A stretch of DNA of 64,000 nucleotides, taken from the NCBI GenBank assembly GCA_016777225.1, contig JADHRW010000005.1:11857-75856 (forward strand), written 5' to 3'. Below are positions 30,121-43,900 of the stretch, in pieces. Both the position numbers and the translations under genes were made by a program. The notes beneath the pieces were generated by a model, which ran no database searches, had not been told where the DNA came from, and saw nothing but the letters and a program-made list of their open reading frames with translations. The first letter of the stretch is position 1, and each line of letters begins with the position of its first letter. The DNA comes from Candidatus Thalassarchaeum sp. (GTDB lineage Archaea > Thermoplasmatota > Poseidoniia > Poseidoniales > Thalassarchaeaceae).

Positions 30121-31257
30121 TCAATGCAACGGATGGCAAACAACAACCATCCGTGCTAAACTCTTGTGAACTTTGACTGGCGATCTTAGATTAACTCTCC
30201 AGCCTCTTTCATTTATTTCCCTTTCAATTTCACTCCAAGGTCGACCCATCACAATATAATCAACATCAGGATTGTTCTCTAGTGACTCGGAGCCGGCGGG
30301 AAGCATAGTAGAAATTACTGATTGAGAATCAATCTTTAGCGCCTGTTCAAGTGCAGAAAGAAATAATTCCAAACCATCGTCTGATTTCCAAGCATTTCTC
30401 CCATATGGTGGATCAAATACAAAGATACAATTTTCTTTTCCTCCCCATAAATCTGCAATTTTCTTTACGCTACATTTCTCCACTTTGATTATAGTTTTAT
30501 CATCCTTATTGGCCCATAATAAATTCTTTTGAGTACCATAAACCATTGTTGGATCTAGATCACTAGCGAATACATCCATTCCCTGAATTAGAGCTTCAAT
30601 TGCTATACCACCTGTCCCACAAAACGGATCAATCATAATTTGTGGATTAATAACTTCTCTATGAGCAAGTGATATCAGTAATTTTGCAAGTCTAGGTTCA
30701 AGTGATATTGGTTTGAAAAAAGGTCTTTCCATAGGTTGTCGACCAATATAATTTGTTTTTTCCCATTTATTTTCTCGTATACCCCAGATAATACATGGAG
30801 TGATTTTAACAGAATCCCAATGAACCTCACCTTCGACTTTACCTGCAACAATTATAACTATCTCATATTGAGGGTTTTGAAGATCGACGGGGTTTTTCTT
30901 AGAAAATAATTGAGCACCAACTTCTTTTTCTAATTCTCTTCTAGAAACCCCCTCGATTCCTGAGCCAAGTTTCTTACTTCTTACTGCGAAACTACCTGAT
31001 GGTAAATTTTCTTTGGACCAATTAGATATTTTCTCAGAAATTATATCAAAATCAGAAACATCTGAATAACCTCCAAAATGTAGTAAATCATCTACTAAAG
31101 CAGCTCTTGATAAACGTGAAAGGAGTTTCTCATCTATTGATTTATCTAACAATACTAAACGAGGATGCAGAACTTCAAAATCTCCAAATAATGCACTAAT
31201 TTCTTCTCGAAAAAGAAATGGATGCCAGCCACTACCAAGAAGAAGACTACCGGACAT
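30121..31257 (-). CDS. trm11: THUMP-domain tRNA m2G10 methyltransferase (Trm11/TrmG10-like)
   Basis: SFAVR...VDLQNP THUMP region; RPFFKPISL.PRLA, DPFCGTGG, DPPYG, VHKSLAR. Confidence 0.85.
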   Translation of the reverse strand: MSGSLLLGSGWHPFLFREEISALFGDFEVLHPRLVLLDKSIDEKLLSRLSRAALVDDLLHFGGYSDVSDFDIISEKISNWSKENLPSGSFAVRSKKLGSGIEGVSRRELEKEVGAQLFSKKNPVDLQNPQYEIVIIVAGKVEGEVHWDSVKITPCIIWGIRENKWEKTNYIGRQPMERPFFKPISLEPRLAKLLISLAHREVINPQIMIDPFCGTGGIAIEALIQGMDVFASDLDPTMVYGTQKNLLWANKDDKTIIKVEKCSVKKIADLWGGKENCIFVFDPPYGRNAWKSDDGLELFLSALEQALKIDSQSVISTMLPAGSESLENNPDVDYIVMGRPWSEIEREINERGWRVNLRSPVKVHKSLARMVVVCHPLH

Positions 31258-31344
31258 TACTGCACCTATGTTTACCCGTGTCCGACTTCAACCCTAAATG
31301 CCTCGACGTCGGGCATAGCATGAACAAGAGGGGGCGGGACTGCA

Positions 31345-32349
31345 ATGGGTTGTAATTTGAGAGACTTAGCACCTTCTCAGCCTATCGATTTAAGTGAATT
31401 GAAAGGTGAAAAAGTTGCAGTTGACGTATTTCTTAATGCATATCAATTCATTACTAGTCTAACAGGCCAGGATGGAAAACCACTTTCCTACAACGGTAAG
31501 CCAGTAGCTCATCTTATGGGGTTCTTAGACAGAGCAACAATAATGATCGAAGAAGGTATTGATCCTGTCTTTATTTTTGACGGAAAACCACATCAATTGA
31601 AAATGGAAACTCTAGGTGGGAGAAGAGAAAGAAAAGTCAGTGCAGTGTCAAAATGGGAGGCTGCTATTGAATCAGGAGATATGGCTGCAGCCAAGAAATT
31701 AGGACCTCAAACAGCAGAATATACTAGAGAAATGGTTGCTGAAACAAAAGAATTGTTTGATTGTTTAGGAGTTACTTGGTTAGAAGCCCCTATGGAGGCA
31801 GAAGGCGCTGCTGCAGTTCGTTGTAGAAATAAGGAAGTTTTTGCTGTTGCAAGTCAGGATTGGGATACTCTACTTTATGGGGCTCCAGTGATGATTAGAA
31901 ACCTCACCTCACATGGTACAAGAAAATTTGGAAGGGTTTTACATGCTGAAAAAATAATTCTAAGTGAAATGCTTGAAATGCACCAGATAACATATGAACA
32001 ATTAGTAGATTTAGGTATAATGATAGGTACTGATTTTCATCCTGGAATAAAAGGAATTGGCCCTAAAACAGGATTGAAGTTAATTCGAAAGCATGGTACT
32101 ATGGAAGAAGTTTCAATAGAAAAGGGATTTGATTTACCAGAAAATCTAGAAGAAATAAGAAAATTATTTACAAATCATCCCATTCATCCAATTCCATTAC
32201 CAAGACCTTCAAAATCAATAGAAGATAATCTTAGTACTTTCGCTAAATCTAGAGGTTTTAGTGAAAAGAGAATTTCTAGAGCCATAACTAGGTTAGCTAA
32301 TGCTAATAGATTGAAATCGGATAGTCAACCGACTTTATTTGATTTTTGA
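31345..32349 (+). CDS. fen1: Flap endonuclease 1
   Basis: MGCNL, VAVD..L.AYQF, FIFDG, EAEG, SQDWDTLLYG, GTDF..GIKGIGPKTG, PIP box QPTLFDF. Confidence 0.96.
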   Translation: MGCNLRDLAPSQPIDLSELKGEKVAVDVFLNAYQFITSLTGQDGKPLSYNGKPVAHLMGFLDRATIMIEEGIDPVFIFDGKPHQLKMETLGGRRERKVSAVSKWEAAIESGDMAAAKKLGPQTAEYTREMVAETKELFDCLGVTWLEAPMEAEGAAAVRCRNKEVFAVASQDWDTLLYGAPVMIRNLTSHGTRKFGRVLHAEKIILSEMLEMHQITYEQLVDLGIMIGTDFHPGIKGIGPKTGLKLIRKHGTMEEVSIEKGFDLPENLEEIRKLFTNHPIHPIPLPRPSKSIEDNLSTFAKSRGFSEKRISRAITRLANANRLKSDSQPTLFDF

Positions 32350-32357
32350 AAGGGTGC

Positions 32358-32392
32358 GACTCTCCCTAGGACTTGAGCGCCCTAGGGGAGTC
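32358..32392. terminator. GC-rich stem-loop between convergent fen1 and GQ-protein genes
   Basis: GACTCTCCCTAGG-10 nt-CCTAGGGGAGTC (12 bp, one bulge). Confidence 0.55.
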
Positions 32393-32456
32393 TGTCGCTG
32401 CATGACATCAGTGATGTTGCAGGCTAGCAAAACAATCTAGTATTCCAATTTCTCAA

Positions 32457-34130
<1,674 letters not shown>

Positions 34131-34441
34131 TTTCTTTTCACTTCCTTAAAAATTTAGTTGTAGAGTACCCGCTGTTCTCTCTTTCCGAATAATGCTCACG
34201 CTTATGTATCGTAAACTATCTTCGGGAGTGAAGGATTTTATTAGAAGCAAGTTGAATAATTGTTCAATATATCAAAATAAACGCTTTACTGCGCGTGTTT
34301 TGTAATTATAAGAACTTTTTTAAAATTTATTCAACTCCTCCTTATTTCTAATCCATTCTCGCGGGCTTTCATAGGGAACCCTCTGTTCCCTCTAACTTAC
34401 GGAGGTATGTATAGCCTATTTCAAGCATTCGTAAAATTAAG

Positions 34442-34804
34442 TCAGGGAGTTAATTTTGATAATTCAGCATTAAAACGTGCTGAACCTAAGAAATACAATA
34501 CAGGAGTGGCTAAAGTCCCTAATACTAAAGATATGAAAAATAGAGTTGACCATAGTTCGATTTCATTTCCTAAAGTAAAATAAAGAATCCAACCGGTAGT
34601 TATTGCGAACCATAACCTATAACGACGACCGAAAAGAGCAAATCGTGCTCTGACTAACTCATCAGAATAGAGTTGAGGGACTTCATCAACGTCAGCAAGA
34701 TCATGTTCAATTGCACATCTCACACAGACTAGATGACGAGGACCGTTACCACTTACGAACTGACTATTTGGATAGTTTTGTTTACACAACCTACAATATG
34801 CCAT
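34442..34804 (-). CDS. Small membrane protein with N-terminal zinc ribbon
   Basis: CRLC...CVRC, then two TM helices. Confidence 0.7.
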   Translation of the reverse strand: MAYCRLCKQNYPNSQFVSGNGPRHLVCVRCAIEHDLADVDEVPQLYSDELVRARFALFGRRYRLWFAITTGWILYFTLGNEIELWSTLFFISLVLGTLATPVLYFLGSARFNAELSKLTP

Positions 34805-34850
34805 GTTAGTTCAAACTCTCCCACTATGAATTGCTAATTCAAGGCTACGG

Positions 34851-37157
34851 TCATCTAACTTGACTTTCATGCGAAATTGAATCAATCAAGATCGGTTTTT
34901 GCTTTAAAAATGTAGAAATTAAATCAAGCCCTAATGGGCTACCCACTGATTCAGGATGAAATTGAATACCATAAATAGGTAAGACTGGATGTCTAATGCC
35001 CATGACTAGAGTTCCTGTTTCTTCAAAAGCAGTACAAATCATCGATTTATTTGTAGGTTCTAAAACCAAACTATTGTACCTCATTAAGATTAAAGGAGAT
35101 TTTTGCCCTGAATATATTCCTTTATTGTCATGATTAATTAATGATGGAACTCCATGTACTGCATCTAGTGGAGATTCGATTAATTCCCATCCTACTGCTA
35201 AACCTAATGCTTGGTGACCTAAACATAATCCAAGAACTGGAATCTGATAATCATCTACAGTCAATTTACTATTTACTGCTAATTTAGCTATTTCCATAGT
35301 AATCTGTGATTTTTCTGGACGAGAAGGACCAGGACCAATAATAACATATTTTGGTTTGAAGATTTGAAGCCAAGAATTCACTACCTTCTGTGAATCTAAG
35401 TGGCCGTTTGGTCGCCCCTCAACTATCCTAACAGATTGCCCCAACTTAACTAGAGAATTAGCAATATTCTCTGTAAAAGAATCAAGGTTATCAATTAACA
35501 AAACATCCGTCTGAGAGGAGGGTTGAATATCTCCTCTTATTATCTGGCCAATTTTCTTTATCGAATGAATCACTTGAGGTTTTGGTTCACCAATAGGGCC
35601 TTCGACTTTAGGGATTACCACCATTTCAGTACTACGTTTAGGTAAATCTTCAATAGAAAAACCTGTTCTAAATCCCCATGCTGCATCAGTAATAGCTGTA
35701 GCTTTCCATCGGGCTTCTTCGACTTCAGAAGATGCTTGTGAACCTATTACAATCCCTCCGCCTGCCTGAACTCTACCATGCCAATTAGTTGGACCAGAAT
35801 GTGACTCTAAAGTTCGAATCAAGATATTAAATTCTGAAATCCCTGAGTATGAATGAAAATGACCAATAGAACCCGTCCATGCACCTCTTGGAGAGCCTTC
35901 TATTTCGTTAATTGCCGCTATTGAGGCTATCTTAGGACAACCTGTAATTGAACCCCCAGGAAATAATGCAGAAATTATTTTACCAAAATCAATATCTTCG
36001 TTTAATTTACCTGTTACACCACTTACTAGGTGCTGTACGGTTGGTAGTGCCTCAATGCGGAAATCCGACCAATGAACTGATCCTGGTTTACATATCTTAG
36101 ATAAATCATGTTTCTTTAGATCTACTAACATCAGATGTTCAGCAATTTCTTTTTCTGATGATGCCATTTCAGCCTGAAGTATTTTATCTTCTTCGATTGA
36201 TTTACCTCTAGGATATGTTCCCTTAATAGGACGTGTAGACACCACACCTTTTCCTGTTTTGACAAGTCTCTCTGGACTTGCAGAAGAAATGCTCCAACCA
36301 TGATCATGAACATATAACCAAGATGCAAATGGGGAAGGATTTGACACCATCATGCGTTGAAATGTATTCCAAGGATGGTCGAGCATTTTACCTTCCCATT
36401 TTCTTCCATAATTTAATTGATATATGTGCCCTTGTCGAATACTATTTTTAATTACTTCAACTTTATTTGCATGGGATGCATCACTTTCTGATTCGGGTAC
36501 TTGATAATCCTTTAATTCAGAATAAGGATGAGGTTGGATAAGATTAAGCTTACCTAATCTAGCTTCTTTAATCCAAGTATGATTGGGTATGGAAACTAAT
36601 TTTAATTCTTGAGACTTTCTCTCATGAATCCACCAAGCATCGGCTCTCCAAAGAACTCCCAACAAAGTACCATTAGGAGGATTATTCTGAAGTTTGATAC
36701 CAACTGACCAGCGATTAAGATCATAACCTAATAATCCTGTAAATCCGCCAGGAATAATAGGAAAATTGCCATTATCTTCAAAACTAAGTTCCCATTTTTT
36801 AGTTAAATTTATTGCCATATCTAATGTCTGTACTTCGAGTTCTTCAATAGTATTCCAACGATCTTTTTTATACTCTTGAATTAAAACGATTAATGGGTCG
36901 TTATAATTTAGATCGATGTTTCCTCTGAGGGCTGAAGATTGTTGATTGAATCCATTATTTTGAGGCTCGAAAAATAGTATACGAATACTGTCTAGACAGG
37001 GAAGGAAAGATGTTTTCGCTAAATCAGTTATAGGTCCAGCAGATTGGAGTAATAGCTCATCACGATTTGGAAGTTCCAAATCCCTGTATTGCTCTAATAA
37101 TGAAATTAAAGGATTTGAAATATCGGTTGAATATGAAAATTCTTCAATTATCATCAT
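34851..37157 (-). CDS. pabB: Fused chorismate-binding enzyme + glutamine amidotransferase (PabB-PabA, aminodeoxychorismate synthase-like)
   Basis: SASPERL, TRPIKGT (PabB-type PIKGT), EHLMLVDL, FPGGSITGCPK; C-terminal IDNLDSFT, GPGP, GLCLGHQ, QFHPES; ATG 37157 after AGGTGA. Confidence 0.85.
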   Translation of the reverse strand: MMIIEEFSYSTDISNPLISLLEQYRDLELPNRDELLLQSAGPITDLAKTSFLPCLDSIRILFFEPQNNGFNQQSSALRGNIDLNYNDPLIVLIQEYKKDRWNTIEELEVQTLDMAINLTKKWELSFEDNGNFPIIPGGFTGLLGYDLNRWSVGIKLQNNPPNGTLLGVLWRADAWWIHERKSQELKLVSIPNHTWIKEARLGKLNLIQPHPYSELKDYQVPESESDASHANKVEVIKNSIRQGHIYQLNYGRKWEGKMLDHPWNTFQRMMVSNPSPFASWLYVHDHGWSISSASPERLVKTGKGVVSTRPIKGTYPRGKSIEEDKILQAEMASSEKEIAEHLMLVDLKKHDLSKICKPGSVHWSDFRIEALPTVQHLVSGVTGKLNEDIDFGKIISALFPGGSITGCPKIASIAAINEIEGSPRGAWTGSIGHFHSYSGISEFNILIRTLESHSGPTNWHGRVQAGGGIVIGSQASSEVEEARWKATAITDAAWGFRTGFSIEDLPKRSTEMVVIPKVEGPIGEPKPQVIHSIKKIGQIIRGDIQPSSQTDVLLIDNLDSFTENIANSLVKLGQSVRIVEGRPNGHLDSQKVVNSWLQIFKPKYVIIGPGPSRPEKSQITMEIAKLAVNSKLTVDDYQIPVLGLCLGHQALGLAVGWELIESPLDAVHGVPSLINHDNKGIYSGQKSPLILMRYNSLVLEPTNKSMICTAFEETGTLVMGIRHPVLPIYGIQFHPESVGSPLGLDLISTFLKQKPILIDSISHESQVR

Positions 37158-37158
37158 A

Positions 37159-37941
37159 TCACCTAAAATCTTCAACAGACTGCCATGATGAAGATAGTTT
37201 CTCTAACCAACAAGACATTGCTACTTGGTATAGTTTTCCACGGGGAGTACCTATTTTCCTTCCATCGATAACCCCTAACGATTGAACGCCCATACCACTT
37301 CCTAAGACTATCATTTCCTTTGCTCTTAGAACCAGAGGTATGGTCATTTTCGCTGGCCTTACTGGTATACCTAAATATTCTAGATCTTTTTTAATTTGCT
37401 CTAAAGTAATAGAATCGAGGGCGCCTTCTTCGATTCTTGGATGATAAGCAAAACCATCGATGTCAAGAAGTATTGGCATACATCTATCACCATCAATAAC
37501 AGAATCGTTCTCTATCAAAAGGGAAATATCGGCTTTGTTAGTTAGGGCCATTTCTCTTGCATCTAAATATGGTTGCCAGTCTCCATGTTTTGTACCACGA
37601 ACTTTATCGTTCCATTTAGGGGCTTCAACAGTAATTGCTGAAAGAATATTTGGCCAAGGTTGATTAATTCGTGGAATCAAAAAAACATCTCCTTGCTTAG
37701 TAATACCTAGTTTAACTAAATATGGTGGTTGATGATAATCTACAACTGGATCTTCAGTGAATTCAATCTGAGTTAATTTTTTAAATATTGTTTCTACAAA
37801 ATTTTTGGGCAAATCGAACCCAAGACGTTTCGCATGTCTTTCTAAACGATTAAAATGTAAATTTGCAGCAAGAAGGCTGTTTTTTCCATTCCAAGCTACT
37901 GTAGACCAAACCTCAAAATATGGGTCCGAGACACTTGACAT
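37159..37941 (-). CDS. pabC: Aminotransferase class IV, probable 4-amino-4-deoxychorismate lyase
   Basis: HFNRLERHAKRL, GTKH (PLP Lys), GALDSIT, GSGMGV; operonic with pabB-pabA. Confidence 0.72.
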   Translation of the reverse strand: MSSVSDPYFEVWSTVAWNGKNSLLAANLHFNRLERHAKRLGFDLPKNFVETIFKKLTQIEFTEDPVVDYHQPPYLVKLGITKQGDVFLIPRINQPWPNILSAITVEAPKWNDKVRGTKHGDWQPYLDAREMALTNKADISLLIENDSVIDGDRCMPILLDIDGFAYHPRIEEGALDSITLEQIKKDLEYLGIPVRPAKMTIPLVLRAKEMIVLGSGMGVQSLGVIDGRKIGTPRGKLYQVAMSCWLEKLSSSWQSVEDFR

Positions 37942-37985
37942 AGGGGGGCGTAAACTTACAGGGCTTCAAATTCATCGAAGACAAT

Positions 37986-40900
37986 TCACAAAATATCATC
38001 AATAAATGATGTATCAATATCTTCTTCATCATTCAAATCTCCAGCTAAGTCATCTAGATCATCAAAGTCAAAATCATCTGCTAATTCACTAAGATCATCC
38101 AAATCTATTTCTTCTTCTTCACCCAGTAATTCATCTACTACATCAGCAGAAGGGGAGTTTACAGGAGCATCTGTATAATCTACAGGATAATCAATTTCTT
38201 GATCAACGATAATTTCTGAACTAGAAGAAACTTCGTCAGCAGTAAAGTATTCTTCATCATCTATTCCTAAATCATCGTCAAACATTTGATCTTCAAGTTC
38301 AACTTCTAGTGTACCCATTTCCCAAGGTTGAGGTGCTGATTGCTCTCTAGGCTTCAATACCAAAGCGCCACCGATTAGAACCATTATACCTGATAAAACG
38401 GCAATTATCATATTCATATCACCATCTATCAATTGATTAATCCAAGATGCACCTGAATTATCTACACCTGAATTATCACTACCGAATGCAGATTCTGACC
38501 ATGGCTGAACTTCAAGAGGATTTACGGCGAGTCGGTGAACTTCACCATCAAATCCCACTATTGCAATCCAATATGTATTTTCATTATCTAATGAATATTC
38601 ATTACCATCAATATTTTGAGATACATCAGACTTCCATGAATAACTAGAATATAATTTTGAAACAAGTTGTGAAGTGTCAGCATCTCTTGTATCTTCAAAT
38701 GGTGTAGATGATAAATAAATATAATATGATTCTATTATTGGATCATTTTTCTGGTCCCATTCTATTTGAATACTAGAACCAGCACTATCCCAATAAGCAA
38801 TAACCCCACCTATCTTTGGAATGTGGAGCCCTGGATCAAGAATATTCTCATTAATTAGGGCTATAGAAGATGTTTTTACGCCTTGATCCCAATAGTTACC
38901 AGAAGAATCAACTGGAATTATACTGACCCAGAACATAATATTAGGAGCTAATGGACTACCGTCTGAAAATCTCTCAAGTAATACTGGAATTTCTAAATCA
39001 CGACTCAAAACAAGTGCAGGTTGGCGGTTATCTAGAGAACTAAAGGGGACTGTATCAGCATAAATCCAATATTCTGAGATATCTGACTCATCACTTTCTT
39101 GGAATGTTACGAATACTCCGTCGCCATCGTCTGATGGACGGTCAGAAAGTTGAGGTGCCTCGATTCTTGCTGGAGGGAAGACGTCGCCACTATTATCAGA
39201 AGGAATTACTAGAACCATTTGATTTTGCATATCTGTTAAGAATACGTTACCATTGATATCATGAGTTGTAATAGTCACATAAAGTGGAATTTCAGGAATT
39301 ATTGAAGATGAAGATTGTTGAGATACTGAATCTCCATAGTGTGCTGTATATACGGTCAGTTGTAACTCGAATGCACCACCAATTTGTTGTTGATTGATTG
39401 AAATTAATCCACAAGATTGAGGGGAATCAGCACAATTAATCCAAGATTCAGTCAGATTTTCTTGGTAAAAGTCAGATACCCAAATTGTATAGAAAGAAAA
39501 ATCTGTAGCTAAAGAACGATTCCAAGATATATCAATAGCAGTTCCATCATCATCAGGGTGATCAAAGGCATTCAAACCGGACACTCTTTCAGGAGGTATT
39601 CCAACACCACCATTATTTGATTGAGGAGTTACTTCGACAACTAATACGTCATTCAGATTCTGATTACCCCAGTCATCAGATGCTACAACTCCTATCCAAT
39701 AAGATATATCATCAGTGAATAAAGTATCGCCTATTGAGGAAATAACTGTTGAGTTTGTAGTACAATCGGGGACATAAGAAGAGACTGGCCAACCGTCAAC
39801 ATTGTTTGGAGGTTGCCAACTAGATGCAGGTAATGCATATATTGTATAATATGCACAATCATCTTCATCATTAGAATACCAATTTACTTGTATTTGACCT
39901 CCATCATCGTCTAATACATCTGTTGCAGTTGTTCCCTCTATTGGAGCAGGTGGTATTCCATCATCGAGTCCACCTGCAGTTACTATTGGCCCGGCGATTG
40001 TAGCGTTCAATAAATCAGATTGACCGCTTTGATCAACACATACTGCAGCGAACCAATAAGTTGCACCAGGATTTAATTGAAGTACAGTATTATTTCCAGA
40101 AATTGATGAAATATCATAAGGATTGGTTAATGCTAATGCATTTGTAATCTCTTGTTCTACTGCCCATATTCTAGTCTTGTCTGCATCACTCTCAGTGCAA
40201 GCTGACCATTCAGCATAAATTGTCCCTGCAGTGCCACCTGAAACAGGTTTGGCATCTAGCCATTCAGGAGGAGATGGGACTTCATCAATAGGAGTGACAT
40301 TGTACGGCCAAGTCATAGGTTCACCAAGTGAGCCATCTGGATATTCAGTAACTATTGCTGCACGATATTGATTACCATTGACCAATGGAGACATTCTTCC
40401 ATTATGGTCGGCTTCAGTTATTGTCGCAGTTGTTTGTGACCAGAATGACACTCTCATATGTCCAGCAAAATCATCTAAATCTTGTTCGTTAGGTTGCCAG
40501 TCAGGCGTACTTGTAGAATCCCAAATATACAATCTATAAGCATACCATGCTGCATCTTCTGAAGGTAACCAAGAGGCTTCAAGAACCCCTCCACCATCAT
40601 TGGCTCTATTGGAAAAAGAGGTGAAAACAGTAGGAACTTCTACTCTTTCCCAATCATATGACATTCTTACACTAATAGTACCATTTTTGGGAGATTGCAT
40701 TTGAATATGTAATTCTACTGAGTTTGAACCGGGACCAACGTTAGAAATTGCAGTTTGAAAACCTGCTTCTATAGCTGGATTTCTACCTGCTAAATCCCAT
40801 GAACCCGAATAATTCAAAGAAGTCGAGCGAGCCCAAATTGGAGAGTTAGATATTGGGCTAGAGAGAGTTAACGCGCCATTATACATGGGCAAAATACCAG

Positions 40901-43900
40901 GTATTGATGAAGAATCATTAGGGATTGATAATGGATCAGAATTATCTATCAGAATTGTAGACATCCCCGGATGAGTTGTATTGGTAATATCCCATATTTC
41001 GCCACCAAATATAGCAAATAATGGCTCTGCTCGTCTCTGATAATCACGAGGTCGTTCATTGAGACTTACTATTGGAGTGTAGAGGTGTAATCCATCTTCA
41101 CCTATTACATACAGCGAATTAGCGTTAACATATCCACTCAATAGTCCTGATGAAAGTTCAGACTTAACTACTGAGTGATCTTTATCTGCTTCGAGTACAT
41201 CTATACCGCCTGCACTGATGAAGACTAAATTTTCTCCATCTGAAATCATATCAAGGGGTGGCCAAGAAAGTAAGTTTGTCCCACTAGTTCCAGTTTCCAT
41301 TTGCATCATTGTACCATTCCAATGGACAATTGGAGAAATATCAGTAGCAACATGAACTCCCCAAGTATCTGCTTCTAAATTTAGAACATTATTACTTGGA
41401 ATCATATCGATCAAATAAGTCCCGTTCTGCATGTCTGTATCAATATCCCATGCTGCAACTCCTGGACGCGTAGCTCCTTGACCATTGTGAGAAATAAACA
41501 CTGATGCATTATGATGTTGAACTATTGTAGAATTACCAACTGCTACCTCCCTAGTTACCGAATCAGAAAAGAAAAGTCCAGACACTCGATTACCAATTAA
41601 ACCATCAGAAAAATCCAATGTATTCAGTACAGTGAAAGTTTCATCATCCAGAACTGTCAATCCTGCTAAACCGCCGGCTAATATAGTGCCATTACCTTGT
41701 ATCGGATTATCTAGAATCATTAAGTGTTCAATAATTGTAGATGGAAGTCCATTGTAAGATGTTATTGGGTTATCAAAACTCAAAGTAGAAAAATTATACA
41801 ATCCAATTCCACCATGAGTGGCGATTAGAAGATGAGAATCTAGTTGTAAGAAATCTCTAACAATATTACTTGGTAATCCGGCAATCAAACTACCTGGTCC
41901 CCAATTCTCAGTATTAGTATCAAAGGATTGGTATCCTGCAGCAGTTCCGGACTCCCCCATTAATCCTACATACATTGTACCATCATCATCAAAATACATC
42001 CCATCCATTTGTGAATGAAGAGCTGCTGATGCTGGTGTTTTTACACGTTGTACAGTATCAATCTTCCAAAGCCCGCTTCCTGCTGTAGTTACCCATAACT
42101 TATCTCCATCAAGAGAAATATCATTAATTATATCACCTTCAAAATCATATCCAAATTCCCATCTAACAGTTCCGTTAGTTAGTTCTCCTTGTAGTACAGA
42201 AGATGCATAATATGAGTTTCGGTCTTGACTAGAAGTCACCCAAACATTAGTTTCATTAAAAATGATATTTTGGATTTGCCCACTAGTAATTCCTACTAAT
42301 TCGTCATATCCACTCTCGATTAATCCAGTAGAGTCCAATCTATCTACTCTATTTACTCCAGATGTTTGTCCAGAACGACCTATGGCATATACAGGAGTAG
42401 TACTCGAAGGAGTTCGGACAATGGAACATGCATCCATTCCGGGACTTAAAATTTGACCATTAATAGTAGAAGTTCCGGAAGTTACTATCCTAGAAATTCC
42501 ACCAGTATCATCATATTGATGTGCAGTAAGAAGTACATTCCCATCATGTAACATACCCCCAGGGAATATTCGATCTTCAGAAATACCATCAGCAGCATTA
42601 GTAAGTGTATCTAAGAATAGACCTGCGTTGTAGTCATATCTAGCAATACCTACTCCTTCTTCGTCGAATCCTGCATACATTATTCGATTAGCATCATCAC
42701 AAGCTAGAGCTCTTACGTCATTATCTGCTAGGCCATTAGAAGTTAATACAGAAGTCATCCAATCATCAGCTGCTAAGTCATAGCGAGCTATACCACCTTG
42801 ATTACCCCAAAAATTAACTGCACCAACAGCTATGTGTACTATATCATCACAAACCTCTATGTCGGCGATATAGCCACTGGGGATACCGACGCTTCCTGCA
42901 TCCCAAGTGGTCCAATTACCAGTTGTACCATTTTTACGTATAATTTCTGAATTTGTATTGAAGCCACCTCCGCCGCTGTAACTTCCCGCCCAAAGATCGT
43001 CGCCAACAGTAATCATTGTGTATAATTCATCATTTGCATCGGAAGGAAGACCATCATTAACAAGCCATGAATCAAGCCATGTCTCATTATTAGGACTCCA
43101 TCGAAGAATCCCCTCCATGCTTGCAAAGAGATATTCTCCTTGATATTCGACCATTCCTCTAATGGGTCCACCAATATCTGTCCATTCATCGATTAAAGTC
43201 ATTGTTTGTGCGGAAAAACGGCGCAATACATTGTCACCATATGCAATCCATAACTCACAAGATGATGCATTAATTGGGAAACAATCACCTAGGTACTGAG
43301 CATTTACTCTCTCGACACTGCCGAGTGTAGTTAGAGGATCTTCCCATGTTTCATTAGTCGTATTCCAACGAGCAATTGTACCATCACCATTATTCCAATA
43401 TTGACTAGGTCTTATTCCTACCCAAAGCTCTTCTGAGACTTGCCCGATACTGTGTATTTTACCATCCCAACCCAATTCTTGGCCTGCATCAATTGTAGAT
43501 TCACTGGAATTAGAAGATAAATTGATCCTATAGATTTGGTCATTAGATTGGAACCAAGAATTTGATCTTTGAGTTGAATAATGCAGTATATCGCCAATAA
43601 TAACAACATCCGCTGGAGCTGAATTTGATAGAGTTGGTCCTCCAGAATTAAAACCACGATTCCAATCGATTAACACTGTATTATTTACTACATCAATAAG
43701 CGTTAACCCAAAGTCACCACCTGCCCAAATTGTATCTTCAATATGCCCAGGAATAAGAACAGTTACATCATCGTCATCAATAAATCCTTGATCACCATCC
43801 CATGTTTGAAGCCATTCTTGACTAGTAAGATTGTATCTTCCAATACCTGTATTCTCAAAACCAATATACAATATATCCTGAACTTTGACTATCCTAGCTC

